Source: Candidatus Moraniibacteriota bacterium (GTDB lineage Bacteria > Patescibacteriota > Minisyncoccia > Moranbacterales > UBA9337). From it: a stretch of DNA of 64,000 nt. The notes beneath the pieces were generated by a model, which worked only from the letters and a program-made list of their open reading frames with translations, was not told the DNA's origin and ran no database searches. The stretch lies in NCBI GenBank assembly GCA_028695135.1, contig JAQVJM010000004.1, positions 1,696 to 65,695 on the forward strand, in the 5' to 3' direction. This document shows, piece after piece, positions 47,621 through 57,611 of this stretch (its first letter is position 1; each line of letters begins with the position of its first letter). Position numbers and translations under genes: made by a program.

Positions 47621-48697
47621 ATGAAAATAGAAGTTTCCCAGGAAGAGAAAGATAGGGATAAAAAAAAGGAAAAAAAGCCTCTTTTGAAAAAAATATACGC
47701 TGATTCCGAATTGAGGCAGGATATAGTAACCGGGGATTGGGTGGTTATCGCTACTGGTAGAGCCAAGAGACCGGAGGATTTTTCCAAGAATGAATATAGC
47801 ACCAACAGTTTGGATAATGACACAGAAAACTGTCTTTTTTGCTATCCTGCAAAAAGCAAGCAAGAAAAAGACACTCTTATCTACAGCAGAGAGGATGGGG
47901 AATGGACTTTGAGAGTTTTCCCGAACAAGTATCCGGCTTTTTCTCGAGGGAGAGTTCACAAGCCTGTTGGTGAAGGTCCTTATTTTGCAATGACGGGATC
48001 CGGTTATCACGAAGTTATAGTGACCAGGGATCATTTCAAGCACTTTCCCGACTTGACAGACATAGAGGTAGCGGAGGTTTTCGACGCTTACCAGGACAGA
48101 TATCTGAGTTTGATGAATAAAAAAAGCGTTAATTATATAACCATTTTCCATAATTACGGAAAAGAAGCCGGAGCCTCAATCGCTCATCCGCATTCACAAT
48201 TGATGGCCATACCAGTTATCTCTCCTTATATAAGACAGGAACTTAACGGTGCTGAAATTTACTATAAGAGTAACAAGAGATGCGTTTATTGTACGATAGC
48301 GGATTACGAAAGCAAAAATAAATCCAGAATCGTTTTCGAGAATGATAAATTTATCGCTTTCTGCCCCTTTTCTAGCCGTATCGCATTTGAAATCTGGGTT
48401 ATGCCTAAAAATCATGAACCTTATTTTGAAAGAATAACCGAGGAAGACAAACTTTCTTTGGCGGAAGTTTTCAGAAAAGCTCTTCTAGCCATAAAAAATA
48501 CGGTTAACAATCCTCCTTACAATTTCTATATCCATACCTCTCCTTGCGATGGAAAAGACTACCGTCATTACCATTGGCATATAGAGATTTTGCCCCATAC
48601 CTCTACTTGGGCGGGATTCGAATTGGAAACAGGAATAGAAATCTCCATAATAGAACCGGAAAAAGCAGCAGAAGCTCTGAGAAAAAATTTAAACTAG
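47621..48697 (+). CDS. galT: Galactose-1-phosphate uridylyltransferase
   Basis: ELRQDIVTGDWV, PNKYPA, GASIAHPHSQ (HPH), HWHIEI. Confidence 0.93.
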   Translation: MKIEVSQEEKDRDKKKEKKPLLKKIYADSELRQDIVTGDWVVIATGRAKRPEDFSKNEYSTNSLDNDTENCLFCYPAKSKQEKDTLIYSREDGEWTLRVFPNKYPAFSRGRVHKPVGEGPYFAMTGSGYHEVIVTRDHFKHFPDLTDIEVAEVFDAYQDRYLSLMNKKSVNYITIFHNYGKEAGASIAHPHSQLMAIPVISPYIRQELNGAEIYYKSNKRCVYCTIADYESKNKSRIVFENDKFIAFCPFSSRIAFEIWVMPKNHEPYFERITEEDKLSLAEVFRKALLAIKNTVNNPPYNFYIHTSPCDGKDYRHYHWHIEILPHTSTWAGFELETGIEISIIEPEKAAEALRKNLN

Positions 48698-48765
48698 AAT
48701 TTTTTAAATAAAAAATATTTTGAGATGTCGGTTTTGATGAATAAAGCCGAAATCTTTAAAAAAAT

Positions 48766-49209
48766 ATGAAGATACATAAAGATAAAATAGACTTGGAGAG
48801 CAAGACGCAGATTGATTTTATGGACATCACGGACAAAGTTGCCGAAATAATCGATAATTCCGGAATAAGAGAAGGCCAAGTGACGGTATTCTGCCCTCAT
48901 ACTACGATGGGTTTGGCCATCAACCACAATGAATCAATGCTGCTCCAGGACTTTATGAGGATACTTTATAAATTGGTTCCGGTCGAAGATCAATATTCTC
49001 ATGATTTGTTCGAACTGAGAAGCGGAGGAAAAGGATCAGACGGAAGAAGCAACGGCCATTCCCATTCAAAATCCATTTTGATGGGCTCAAGCGAGACAAT
49101 ACCCATAACCAGAGGAAAAATGATGTTGGGCGGGAAGCAAAGCATTTTTGCCGTTGAGTTCGACGGGAGCAGAAAGAGGGATGTCATGATACAAGTTATG
49201 GGAGAATAA
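48766..49209 (+). CDS. YjbQ/UPF0047 family protein
   Basis: DITDKV, PHTT, NGHSH, QSIFAVEFDGSR. Confidence 0.92.
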   Translation: MKIHKDKIDLESKTQIDFMDITDKVAEIIDNSGIREGQVTVFCPHTTMGLAINHNESMLLQDFMRILYKLVPVEDQYSHDLFELRSGGKGSDGRSNGHSHSKSILMGSSETIPITRGKMMLGGKQSIFAVEFDGSRKRDVMIQVMGE

Positions 49210-49234
49210 TAACAATTCTTAATTTATCCAATCA

Positions 49235-49861
49235 ATGAACAGGTTAACCAATAATTTGATGAGAAACGGTTACCTGAAGTCGGATTATGTAATAGAGGCG
49301 TTCGCTAATGTAAACAGGATAGAGTTCGTCCCTCGCGATTTGGAGCTTCAGGCCGATATAGACATGCCTCTGCCCATAGGCTATGGACAGACTATTTCTC
49401 AGCCGACCACCGTGGCTATAATGCTGGAGCTTTTGGATCCGCGTCCGGGCCAGAAGATATTGGATGTCGGAAGCGGATCAGGTTGGACGACCGCTCTCCT
49501 TTCTTATATAGTAGGCGAGAAAGGCAAAGTGATTGCCCTGGAAAGAATAAAGGATCTTTGCGATTGGGGAAGGAAAAATGTCGACAAGATGGGATTTGTA
49601 AGGCGGGGAATAGCGGAATTTTATAACCTAGACGGAAGCGAAGGCCATAAAGCGCGTTCTCCTTACGACAGAATTCTGGCCTCCGCCGCTGCCAATGAAG
49701 TTCCTCAATCACTCAAGGATCAGCTTAAAATAGGAGGCAAGCTGGTTATGCCGGTAAGGAATTATCTTTATTATGCAGAAAAAAAAGGAGAAAAAGAATT
49801 TTATGAAGAAAAATACCCGGGCTTTGCTTTCGTGCCTTTGGTAAAAAAATCAAATAATTAA
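49235..49861 (+). CDS. pcm: Protein-L-isoaspartate O-methyltransferase
   Basis: PIGYGQTISQP, LDVGSGSGW, PYDRI, FVPLV. Confidence 0.95.
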   Translation: MNRLTNNLMRNGYLKSDYVIEAFANVNRIEFVPRDLELQADIDMPLPIGYGQTISQPTTVAIMLELLDPRPGQKILDVGSGSGWTTALLSYIVGEKGKVIALERIKDLCDWGRKNVDKMGFVRRGIAEFYNLDGSEGHKARSPYDRILASAAANEVPQSLKDQLKIGGKLVMPVRNYLYYAEKKGEKEFYEEKYPGFAFVPLVKKSNN

Positions 49862-49879
49862 AAACCAAACCGATATAAA

Positions 49880-49906
49880 TTAGCACTCTGGATGGGGGAT
49901 TGCTAA
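49880..49906 (+). promoter_or_regulatory. CIRCE element (HrcA operator) upstream of dnaJ
   Basis: TTAGCACTC-N9-GATTGCTAA, one mismatch from TTAGCACTC-N9-GAGTGCTAA. Confidence 0.88.
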
Positions 49907-50050
49907 TTTTTTAATTTTGGTGTAAGATATTTCCGTAAGTCAAAAGGAAAATTTATATTTTTTGCAAAAAGATGAAAATCGATATTAATTTCAATTTTAT
50001 TTTTATGCGCAATCCGCTTGCTCTTGAAGCTTTTTGCGCTGAGTTATAAG

Positions 50051-51136
50051 ATGGCTGATTACTATAAGATTCTGGGAGTCGATAAAAGCGCCTCCGATGA
50101 TGAAATAAAAAAAGCTTACAGAAAATTGGCGCACAAATATCATCCGGACAAGAAAGGAGGAGACGAGAATAAGTTTAAAGAAATAAACGAAGCCTATCAG
50201 GTCTTATCAGACAAGACTAAGCGCTCGCAATATGATCAATTTGGCCAGACTTTTGAAGGAGCTGGGGGATTTAATAAAGGCGGTTTCGGAGGGTTTTCGG
50301 GATTTGGAGGGCAATGGGACTTTTCCGGGTTTTCAGGACAATCGGAACCCGGAGGTTGGGAGGATATATTCTCCGATATTTTCGGGGGATCCGGAAGGGG
50401 GTTCGGAGAAAAAAGAGGAGGCGATATACAAGTTGACATAGAGATTCCTTTCGAAGAAATGATAAAAGGAACCCAAAAAACCATAAAACTTTACAAAAAT
50501 TCAAGATGCAGTGTTTGCAACGGATCGGGAGGAGAGCCTGGCGCCAAAGAAGAAAATTGTAAAGCTTGCGGAGGAACCGGAAGGATAAGAAAGACAGTAA
50601 GAAGCATATTCGGAGCTATTTCTCAGGAAAGCGTGTGCAAAGATTGCCAAGGGAAGGGAAAAGTTTTTTCCCAAAAATGCAAAGTTTGCGAAGGTTCGGG
50701 AACCGTCAAGGAAGAGAAAAATATCCCCATAGATATTCCGGCGGGCATACAAGACGGCCAGACGATTTCTATCCAGGGTGAAGGAGAGGCAGGGCGTTAT
50801 GGCGCTCCCAGCGGAGATCTGTATGTAAATATTCGCATCATTCCGCACAAAAAATTTGTCCGGAAGGGAGATGATATATTTTCTGAAGAAACGATAAAAT
50901 TTTTTCAAGCTGCTCTGGGAGACCATATAGAAGTGGAGACCGTAGAAGGAAAAGTTTCCATGAAAGTTCCGGCAGGAACGCAGTCGGGAGAGATTTTTAG
51001 GATCCGTTCCAAAGGGGTGCCCCATCTCAGGGGCGGAGGCAGAGGGCATCATATGGTTAAGATTATCGTAGAAATTCCTAAAAAATTAAGCGGAAAAGAA
51101 AAAGAGCTGATCCAGCAGCTCAAAAATTTGGGATAA
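50051..51136 (+). CDS. dnaJ: Chaperone DnaJ
   Basis: J-domain HPD, G/F region, four CxxCxGxG repeats. Confidence 0.98.
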   Translation: MADYYKILGVDKSASDDEIKKAYRKLAHKYHPDKKGGDENKFKEINEAYQVLSDKTKRSQYDQFGQTFEGAGGFNKGGFGGFSGFGGQWDFSGFSGQSEPGGWEDIFSDIFGGSGRGFGEKRGGDIQVDIEIPFEEMIKGTQKTIKLYKNSRCSVCNGSGGEPGAKEENCKACGGTGRIRKTVRSIFGAISQESVCKDCQGKGKVFSQKCKVCEGSGTVKEEKNIPIDIPAGIQDGQTISIQGEGEAGRYGAPSGDLYVNIRIIPHKKFVRKGDDIFSEETIKFFQAALGDHIEVETVEGKVSMKVPAGTQSGEIFRIRSKGVPHLRGGGRGHHMVKIIVEIPKKLSGKEKELIQQLKNLG

Positions 51137-51263
51137 CTGCGCGTTTGATCCATCTTCGCTTGCAGTGCGGGCGGATGGCGGATGCGCCGATGAATAGCAG
51201 CAAAAAATAAAAAATTTTTAAATTTCAGCGGATTTGAAAACAATCTTGTAATTTTTTTAAGAA

Positions 51264-51656
51264 ATGATTTTTTGGAAAAAAGAAGGCGCTAAAATAGGGA
51301 AAATCGGAGAAAGAGAAGCAAAAAATTTCTTAAAGAAGAAAGGATTTAAAATCGTAGATGTCAATTTTCAAAATACCCGGGGCCGGAAAGCGGGAGAAAT
51401 CGACATAGTGGCTCGCAAAGAAAACGAAATCATTTTTGTCGAAGTCAAATCCAGACTGACGGAGGATAGGGAAAGTCTTCCTGAAGAAAATATAACTTTC
51501 AAAAAACTCAAAAGCCTGCAGAGGATAGCCCGGATCTATCTTAAAGAAAAAAATATGGCTGATGCGTCTTATCATTTCGATGCGGTTTCCGTCCTGATTT
51601 CTCCGGAGAGCAAAAAGGTTGTGAAGATATATCATTTGGAAAATATATTCATATAA
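51264..51656 (+). CDS. YraN/UPF0102 family nuclease-like protein
   Basis: GKIGEREA, GEIDIVA, FVEVKSR, HFDAV. Confidence 0.92.
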   Translation: MIFWKKEGAKIGKIGEREAKNFLKKKGFKIVDVNFQNTRGRKAGEIDIVARKENEIIFVEVKSRLTEDRESLPEENITFKKLKSLQRIARIYLKEKNMADASYHFDAVSVLISPESKKVVKIYHLENIFI

Positions 51657-51679
51657 GAAGAAGCTTTTTGATTTTGGAA

Positions 51680-51719
51680 AATAGAGGCTTCTGTAGAGGC
51701 CTCTATAGAAGCCTCTATT
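51680..51719. repeat. 40-bp near-perfect palindrome built from three 12-nt units
   Basis: AATAGAGGCTTCTGTAGAGG|CCTCTATAGAAGCCTCTATT. Confidence 0.85.
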
Positions 51720-51795
51720 GACTTTCCGGCTTTCGAGATGTATATTTGCAAGTCAACGAGGATAGTTTTTTAAAATTTTTTTAAGGAGGGCGCTG

Positions 51796-52212
51796 ATGAG
51801 TAATTTTTTATTAACAGCAACGGTATCTTTGATCTTTCTTTTTATTTATCAGCCGGCCATATCGGCCGAGTATCAAGTGGAAAAAGGGGACGTGATGGGC
51901 AGCATCTCCGAAAAAACCAAGCAGTCCATAGAATGTCTCTGCTATGCCAACGGCATAGATCTTGAGACTCTCAAGATTAAAGCCGGGCAGACAATCATCT
52001 ATCCGAACGAAGATGACTTTATCGAGGCGGAGAAATTCGTTTTTGAGCATATTCTCGGGATGGCTCCCGATCATCCGGATTATAAGTATTTTCTAAAAAT
52101 TCACGGATATCTGAAAATTAGAAAGCTTAAATGCGCGGATGATCAGGAAGGCATTTCCCTGGACGAGGCGGTAGCCTTAGCCGAGGCTAGAAGGGCGCTG
52201 ACATTGAATTGA
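51796..52212 (+). CDS. Secreted LysM-domain protein
   Basis: SD AAGGAGG; signal peptide; YQVEKGDVMGSISEK...ANGI...IKAGQTI; promoter TTGACT-17-TATATT at 51718-51746. Confidence 0.8.
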   Translation: MSNFLLTATVSLIFLFIYQPAISAEYQVEKGDVMGSISEKTKQSIECLCYANGIDLETLKIKAGQTIIYPNEDDFIEAEKFVFEHILGMAPDHPDYKYFLKIHGYLKIRKLKCADDQEGISLDEAVALAEARRALTLN

Positions 52213-52333
52213 TCGGTTCTTTAAGGAGTTTTAACGGTGATGAGCGAAAGCTTGTCGCCGTTTTTTAAATTAAAAAAGCAAGAGTTCCGGCCTTGCGAAA
52301 ATCCTGCCTTTTGATCTTTTCCTCCTTTCCTTT

Positions 52334-52495
52334 TTATAATTTTTTCCCGCAATCCCGGCAATGTTTGTCGCCGTAAGACTTGTAGCGGTCGTGGTCTCCC
52401 ACCGAGCACTTCGGAGAATCGTTCTTCTCTGAGTTTTCACGCGGCTTTCCGCATTCTTTGCAGAACCTTGAATCTTTTTCTCCTTCTCCAAGCAT
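52334..52495 (-). CDS. Small zinc-ribbon protein (53 aa, not in the ORF track)
   Basis: SD GGGAGG; MLGEGEKDSRFCKECGKPRENSEKNDSPKCSVGDHDRYKSYGDKHCRDCGKKL*. Confidence 0.7.
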   Translation of the reverse strand: MLGEGEKDSRFCKECGKPRENSEKNDSPKCSVGDHDRYKSYGDKHCRDCGKKL

Positions 52496-52575
52496 AATTT
52501 TTTCCTCCCGGTTGATAAGTATCGGATTTCGATATAGTATTGTAAGCAGATAAAGAAGTCAATAATGTAATTTTT

Positions 52576-54009
52576 ATGAAAAAATATTTTTATATAACAA
52601 CGACCCTTCCCTACGTGAATGATAAGCCTCATATCGGTTTTGCCAGCGAGATCGTTTTGGCCGACGCGCGGGCGCGTTTTGAGGGGTCTTTGGGAAAGGA
52701 AGTAGTTTTTAATACCGGAACGGACGAGCATGGAGCAAAGATCTGGCAGAAAGCTCGAGAAGAAGCAAGAGACGTTCAGGAATATGTGGATGAATACGCA
52801 GCTAAATTTGACGAGCTTAAAAAAATGTTGAATTTAAGCTATACAAATTTTATCAGGACGACTGACGAGAAGCATTTGAGGGCGGTCCGGGAAATGTGGA
52901 AAAGAGTAGATCAAAACGGATATATTTATAAGAAGAAATACAAGATAAAATATTGCATAGGTTGTGAATTGGAAAAGACCGATAGCGAACTTATCGACGG
53001 TTGTTGCCCGCTTCATCCGGGGAAAGAATTGGAAATCATCGAAGAAGAGAATTATTTTTTCAAATTCAGCGCATTTCAAGAAAAACTTTTGGAGCTATAC
53101 AAAGATAATCCAGATTTTGTAATCCCCCAAAAGAGGCTCAACGAAATAAGCTCTTTTGTGGAACGCGGGCTGGAAGATTTTTCCGTTTCAAGGCTCAAAG
53201 AAAAAATGCCTTGGGGCGTGCCGGTTCCGGGGGACGACAGCCAAGTGATGTATGTCTGGTTCGATGCCCTGACCAATTATATTTCCACTCTCGGCTGGCC
53301 GGATGACAAAGAGAATTTCGAGAAATTTTGGGGAACCGAAGAAAACCCGAATGCCGTCCAAATCGCGGGAAAAGACAATCTCCGCCAGCAGTCGGCTATG
53401 TGGCAAGCGATGCTTATAGCCGCTGATTTGCCTACAAGTAAGCAGGTGTTTATTAATGGATTTATAGGGGTAGATGGGCAGAAGATGAGCAAGTCCCTAG
53501 GGAATGTGATTTCCCCAAAAGAAATGGTGGCAAAATTCGGAGTGGACGGAACAAGATATCTTCTTCTTACCAAGGGGACATTCGGAGAAGATAGTGATAT
53601 CTCTTGGGAAAAGTTAACCGGTAAATACAATTCAGACTTGGCTAACGGTTTGGGGAATTTGGTTTCGAGAGTTATTGTGCTTTCTGGAGATTTGGATTTT
53701 AAAACTTCTGGATCCGACTCTGTTTTTTCTGAGGAAGATGTGAAAATGATGAATAAGATGAACATGGATAAGATTTTAGATAATATCTGGAATATTGTGC
53801 GTGAAGATAATAAATATATTGAAGACAGAAAACCTTGGGAGCTAAAGAAAGAAAATCAAGAAGAATTTGAAAAAGTAATGAAAAAACTTGTCTCAGATCT
53901 CTATCATATATCTCAACTCTTAACACCTTTCATGCCGGAGACTTCTGAGAAAATTAAAAAAGCTCTTGAGACAAAAGAAAGAGTTATTTTATTTGAAAAG
54001 ATAAGATGA
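52576..54009 (+). CDS. metG: Methionine--tRNA ligase (short form)
   Basis: YVNDKPHIG, GTDEHG, YVWFDAL, KMSKS, LANGLGNL. Confidence 0.97.
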   Translation: MKKYFYITTTLPYVNDKPHIGFASEIVLADARARFEGSLGKEVVFNTGTDEHGAKIWQKAREEARDVQEYVDEYAAKFDELKKMLNLSYTNFIRTTDEKHLRAVREMWKRVDQNGYIYKKKYKIKYCIGCELEKTDSELIDGCCPLHPGKELEIIEEENYFFKFSAFQEKLLELYKDNPDFVIPQKRLNEISSFVERGLEDFSVSRLKEKMPWGVPVPGDDSQVMYVWFDALTNYISTLGWPDDKENFEKFWGTEENPNAVQIAGKDNLRQQSAMWQAMLIAADLPTSKQVFINGFIGVDGQKMSKSLGNVISPKEMVAKFGVDGTRYLLLTKGTFGEDSDISWEKLTGKYNSDLANGLGNLVSRVIVLSGDLDFKTSGSDSVFSEEDVKMMNKMNMDKILDNIWNIVREDNKYIEDRKPWELKKENQEEFEKVMKKLVSDLYHISQLLTPFMPETSEKIKKALETKERVILFEKIR

Positions 54010-54482
54010 ATAAAATAGTTTCCAATCTGATCCTGATTTATGATGATAAAAAAATTCTTTTGGGAATGAAAAAGCGGGGATTTGGCGAGGGTAAATGGAA
54101 TGGATTTGGCGGAAAACCTCGTGAAAATGAGACTATAAAAAAAGCAGCAGTGAGAGAGCTTAAAGAAGAAGCTTTTATTGATTTGAAAAATCTCGAAATC
54201 TTAAAAGAGAGAGGAATTATCAATTTTCACTTTGAAGGTAATGATGAGATTCAAGAAGTTCATTTCCTATCTGTTTCCAGCGATGATATTATCGGAGAAC
54301 CTCAGGAAACGGAAGAGATGCTTCCCAAATGGTTTGCGCATAGCGAAATTCCTTTCGGAAAAATGTGGGTAGATGACCCACATTGGATGCCACACTTACT
54401 GAAAGGTAAAAATTTATCCGGAGAGTTTTATTTTAATGAGGATGGAAGTGCTATTTTAGAAAGTAAGTTGGAAGTTAAATGA
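54006..54482 (+). CDS. Nudix hydrolase, 8-oxo-dGTPase (MTH1-like)
   Basis: KKRGFGEGKWNGFGGK..AAVRELKEE, ETEEM.PKWF, MWVDD. Confidence 0.92.
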   Translation: MNKIVSNLILIYDDKKILLGMKKRGFGEGKWNGFGGKPRENETIKKAAVRELKEEAFIDLKNLEILKERGIINFHFEGNDEIQEVHFLSVSSDDIIGEPQETEEMLPKWFAHSEIPFGKMWVDDPHWMPHLLKGKNLSGEFYFNEDGSAILESKLEVK

Positions 54483-54524
54483 AAACTCTCTTGAATTATT
54501 TTTCAAGAGAGTTTCTTTTCGGGT

Positions 54525-54970
54525 CTACCAAAATATTATTATGGAAGCCGGCGAGTCGCTTTCTTTCCATTTTTCTTTAAAGCCTTCGAGGAACTCATCC
54601 TTTATTAGTTGGAAAGAAGATGCAACAAGTAAAACAGCTCCCCCAAGTTTATTTTTGTCACAGCCTTTTCTCGTTTTCAGTATTGTGTCAGCCAGTCTAT
54701 GACCCTCCTCTACTGTATGTCCTCCAGTCAGGCCAGATAAGGTACCCCGGAAATCGAAGAGGCCATTTGGAGAACTAATTTTAATTTCTTCTTTTTTGGC
54801 CATCCTCAGCCACAAGTTTGTATCAGGGACAATTTTTCTTCCTTTAACAATATAGAAGAGTTACCGATTTTTGTGGTTTTTGGAAGAATTTGCATATAAA
54901 CTTTAAAGCAATTCAAAAAAATTTCCCCTGAACTATCCTCAATTTGAATAATATTCACCTGGTTCTCCAT
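54525..54970 (-). pseudogene. Probably frameshifted orphan gene (54-aa 5' part and overlapping 3' frame)
   Basis: SD AAGGAGG and ATG at 54970 open a frame that stops near 54806; another frame is open from about 54860 to 54525. Confidence 0.5.
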
Positions 54971-55071
54971 AATAGACCTCCTTTTTTTGATCTGCGGCTT
55001 TGTTTTGTGTAATATTAATTTATAACAAAGAACAATGAATAATAATAAATAATTTCCATAAAGTCAAGACG

Positions 55072-55920
55072 ATGTTTGATTCACACGCTCATGTAAATTT
55101 CAAGGCCTTTAAAGATGATGGAGACGATGTTATAAAGAGGTCTTTAGAAAGCAATACCTTTATAATTAACGTTGGCTCACAGTACAGTACAAGCCAGCGA
55201 GCTGTTGAATATGCTCAAAAATTTGAAACTGGAGTGTGGGCGGCCGTAGGGATTCATCCGATTCATATAAAAGTTAAAAGTGAAAAGTTAAAAGTCGAAA
55301 GTTCCACCCCCTCTCAATCTCCCCCTCAGGGAAGGGGAGAAGTTTATTTTGAAGAATTTGATTATGGTGAATACAAAAAATTAGCGGAAAATGAAAAAGT
55401 AGTGGCGATTGGAGAAGTCGGGCTGGATTATCATCACTTTGACGGGGTAACCGGAATTTCAGAAATAAAAGAAAAACAGAAGAAAGTTTTAAAAGAATTT
55501 ATCAAGCTTGCTAATGAAGTGAAAAAACCAATGGCTATTCACTGCTGGGATGCTTATGATGATTTATTTGAAATACTAAGAAAGAATCCAATTGAAAAAA
55601 GAGGGGTGGTGCACAGTTTTATTGGAAGCTGGAAGACGGCGCAGAAATTTATTGAAATGGGATACAAAATCGGACTCAATGGAATAATCACCTATTCGGA
55701 ATCTTATGATAAGCTTATCCGAAATATTGACTTGAAAGATGTCTTGATCGAGACTGACTGTCCGTATCTCAATCCCAAACCTCTGCCAAGAGAAGATAGA
55801 AATGAACCGATAAATGTAAAGTATGTCGCCCGAAAAATTTCTGAAGTAAAAGGGATTGAGATTGATGAAGTTGAAAGAATTACAGCCGAAAATGCCAAAA
55901 AATTATTCAAAATAAGATGA
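55072..55920 (+). CDS. tatD: TatD family DNase
   Basis: FDSHAH, AVGIHP, AIGEVGLDY, IHC, VHSF, ETDCPY, RNEP. Confidence 0.95.
   Translation: MFDSHAHVNFKAFKDDGDDVIKRSLESNTFIINVGSQYSTSQRAVEYAQKFETGVWAAVGIHPIHIKVKSEKLKVESSTPSQSPPQGRGEVYFEEFDYGEYKKLAENEKVVAIGEVGLDYHHFDGVTGISEIKEKQKKVLKEFIKLANEVKKPMAIHCWDAYDDLFEILRKNPIEKRGVVHSFIGSWKTAQKFIEMGYKIGLNGIITYSESYDKLIRNIDLKDVLIETDCPYLNPKPLPREDRNEPINVKYVARKISEVKGIEIDEVERITAENAKKLFKIR
55270..55340 (+). repeat. 7-mer tract plus palindrome in-frame in tatD
   Basis: aaagtta aaagtga aaagtta aaagtcg aaagtt, then ccccctctcaa-TCTCCCC-ctcagggaa-GGGGAGA (KVKSEKLKVESSTPSQSPPQGRGE). Confidence 0.85.
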
Positions 55921-56012
55921 AAAATGACCGGATCAAGAGTCAGAAGTATCCTGAGAGACATTGCCATTTTTAATTTTATTGACATTATCATTTTCTTGTT
56001 CTAAAATGGAAT

Positions 56013-56279
56013 ATGTTTAGAGAAAATTTGAAATCAGAGGATTTTAAAAAAAAGGAAGAAAAGAAGCAAATTAACAGCCAGTGGTCTGTTTTTTCTTTGG
56101 CAATGGAGTTGGGCTATTTAATTGCTATTCCTTTGGTTGCGACGGCGTTGCTAGGAAGATTTTTGGACAAAAAATTCGATTCTTCACCCTTGTTTTTATT
56201 GGCTGGAGTTTGCATAGCGATTATCTTGACAACATACTTAGTTTACAAAAAAACCATTTCGGTTCTTAACGACGAATAA
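56013..56279 (+). CDS. AtpZ/AtpI family protein
   Basis: ELGYLIAIP..GRFLDKKF.SSPLFLLAG; first gene of the atp operon. Confidence 0.85.
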   Translation: MFRENLKSEDFKKKEEKKQINSQWSVFSLAMELGYLIAIPLVATALLGRFLDKKFDSSPLFLLAGVCIAIILTTYLVYKKTISVLNDE

Positions 56280-56307
56280 CGGAATAAAGTTGGGCAATTA
56301 CAATCAA

Positions 56308-57066
56308 ATGGAAATTTCACTGGTTCCAGAATTAATAACTAATTTTGCAGGTTTCCCCGTCACAAACTCTGTTTTGGTGACTGCCATAGTGAGTATTTTG
56401 ATTATCTCAATTTCGCTTTTTATCAAAAAAAATATTTCAATGATACCTAAGGGCTTTCAGAATATAATCGAATATGTTCTGGAGGCTCTTTTAAATTTAG
56501 TCGATAGCGTTACTGGAGACAAAAATCAGACAAAAAAAATTTTTCCTCTTGTGGCTACCATATTTATTTTTGTAATTATTTCAAATTGGATCGGACTGAT
56601 TCCGGCTCTTATACCGGGAGGAACAATAGGCGTCAATCAGATCCATAACGGAGAAAGAATCCTGGTGCCTTTCATAAGGAGCGATAGCGCCGATCTTAAT
56701 ATGACTCTCGCCCTGGCTCTCATTGCCGTAGCTAGCGCTCAATTTATGGGAGCTACAGTGTTGGGCATAAAAAAATATGCCGGAAAATTTTTAGTCAGTC
56801 CTCTCAAAAAGCCCTATTTCATAGGAACATTTGTGGGGATTTTGGAGATTATATCTGAATTTGCCAAGATAATCTCATTTTCTTTTCGTCTTTTCGGAAA
56901 TGTTTTTGCGGGAGAAGTCCTTTTGACGGTTATGTTAATGCTCGTTCCGTATATACTCCCGTTGCCTTTCATATTTCTGGAGATTTTTGTGGGATTTATC
57001 CAAGCGCTTGTTTTTGCTATGCTTACTCTGGTTTTCATGAAGATGGCGACGGAAGAAGCGCATTAG
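56308..57066 (+). CDS. atpB: ATP synthase F0 subunit a
   Basis: NWIGLIP, ADLNMTLAL, SFRLFGNVFAGE, IQALVF. Confidence 0.97.
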   Translation: MEISLVPELITNFAGFPVTNSVLVTAIVSILIISISLFIKKNISMIPKGFQNIIEYVLEALLNLVDSVTGDKNQTKKIFPLVATIFIFVIISNWIGLIPALIPGGTIGVNQIHNGERILVPFIRSDSADLNMTLALALIAVASAQFMGATVLGIKKYAGKFLVSPLKKPYFIGTFVGILEIISEFAKIISFSFRLFGNVFAGEVLLTVMLMLVPYILPLPFIFLEIFVGFIQALVFAMLTLVFMKMATEEAH

Positions 57067-57133
57067 GATTGATCATTAACCATTGATCATTAATCAATGT
57101 CGAATGTCTAATGATTAATGCTCAATGTTTAAT
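57067..57133. repeat. ATTAATC/GATTAAT 7-mer inverted repeat, atpB-atpE spacer
   Basis: attgatc attaacc attgatc attaatc | aatgtcg aatgtct aatgatt aatgctc aatgttt aat. Confidence 0.85.
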
Positions 57134-57205
57134 ATTTAATTAAATTAAGTTACAGTTGGCTAATTCACATTTCCTGTGGATTAGAAACTGTCAACCAAAA
57201 ACTAA

Positions 57206-57478
<273 letters not shown>

Positions 57479-57512
57479 ATTTTTTCAGCTTACGGCTTGA
57501 CGACCGGATACA

Positions 57513-57603
57513 GTTAATGATTCTGATTAATAAAATTAATCATTAATCATTAACCATTGATCATTATCATTTTTCGCTTAGTGCTCAATGTTTAATGTTT
57601 AAT
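57513..57603. repeat. ATTAATC-type 7-mer repeat, atpE-atpF spacer
   Basis: attaatc attaatc attaacc attgatc att ... gtgctc aatgttt aatgttt aat. Confidence 0.85.
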
Positions 57604-57611
57604 AAAAAACA

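Noticed and set aside
52250-52330. Possible riboswitch or SRP-like RNA (GCAA/GGAA motifs) downstream of the zinc-ribbon ORF
   Set aside because: It does not fit a consensus I can verify and is adequately explained as a terminator hairpin with a U-tail on the minus strand.
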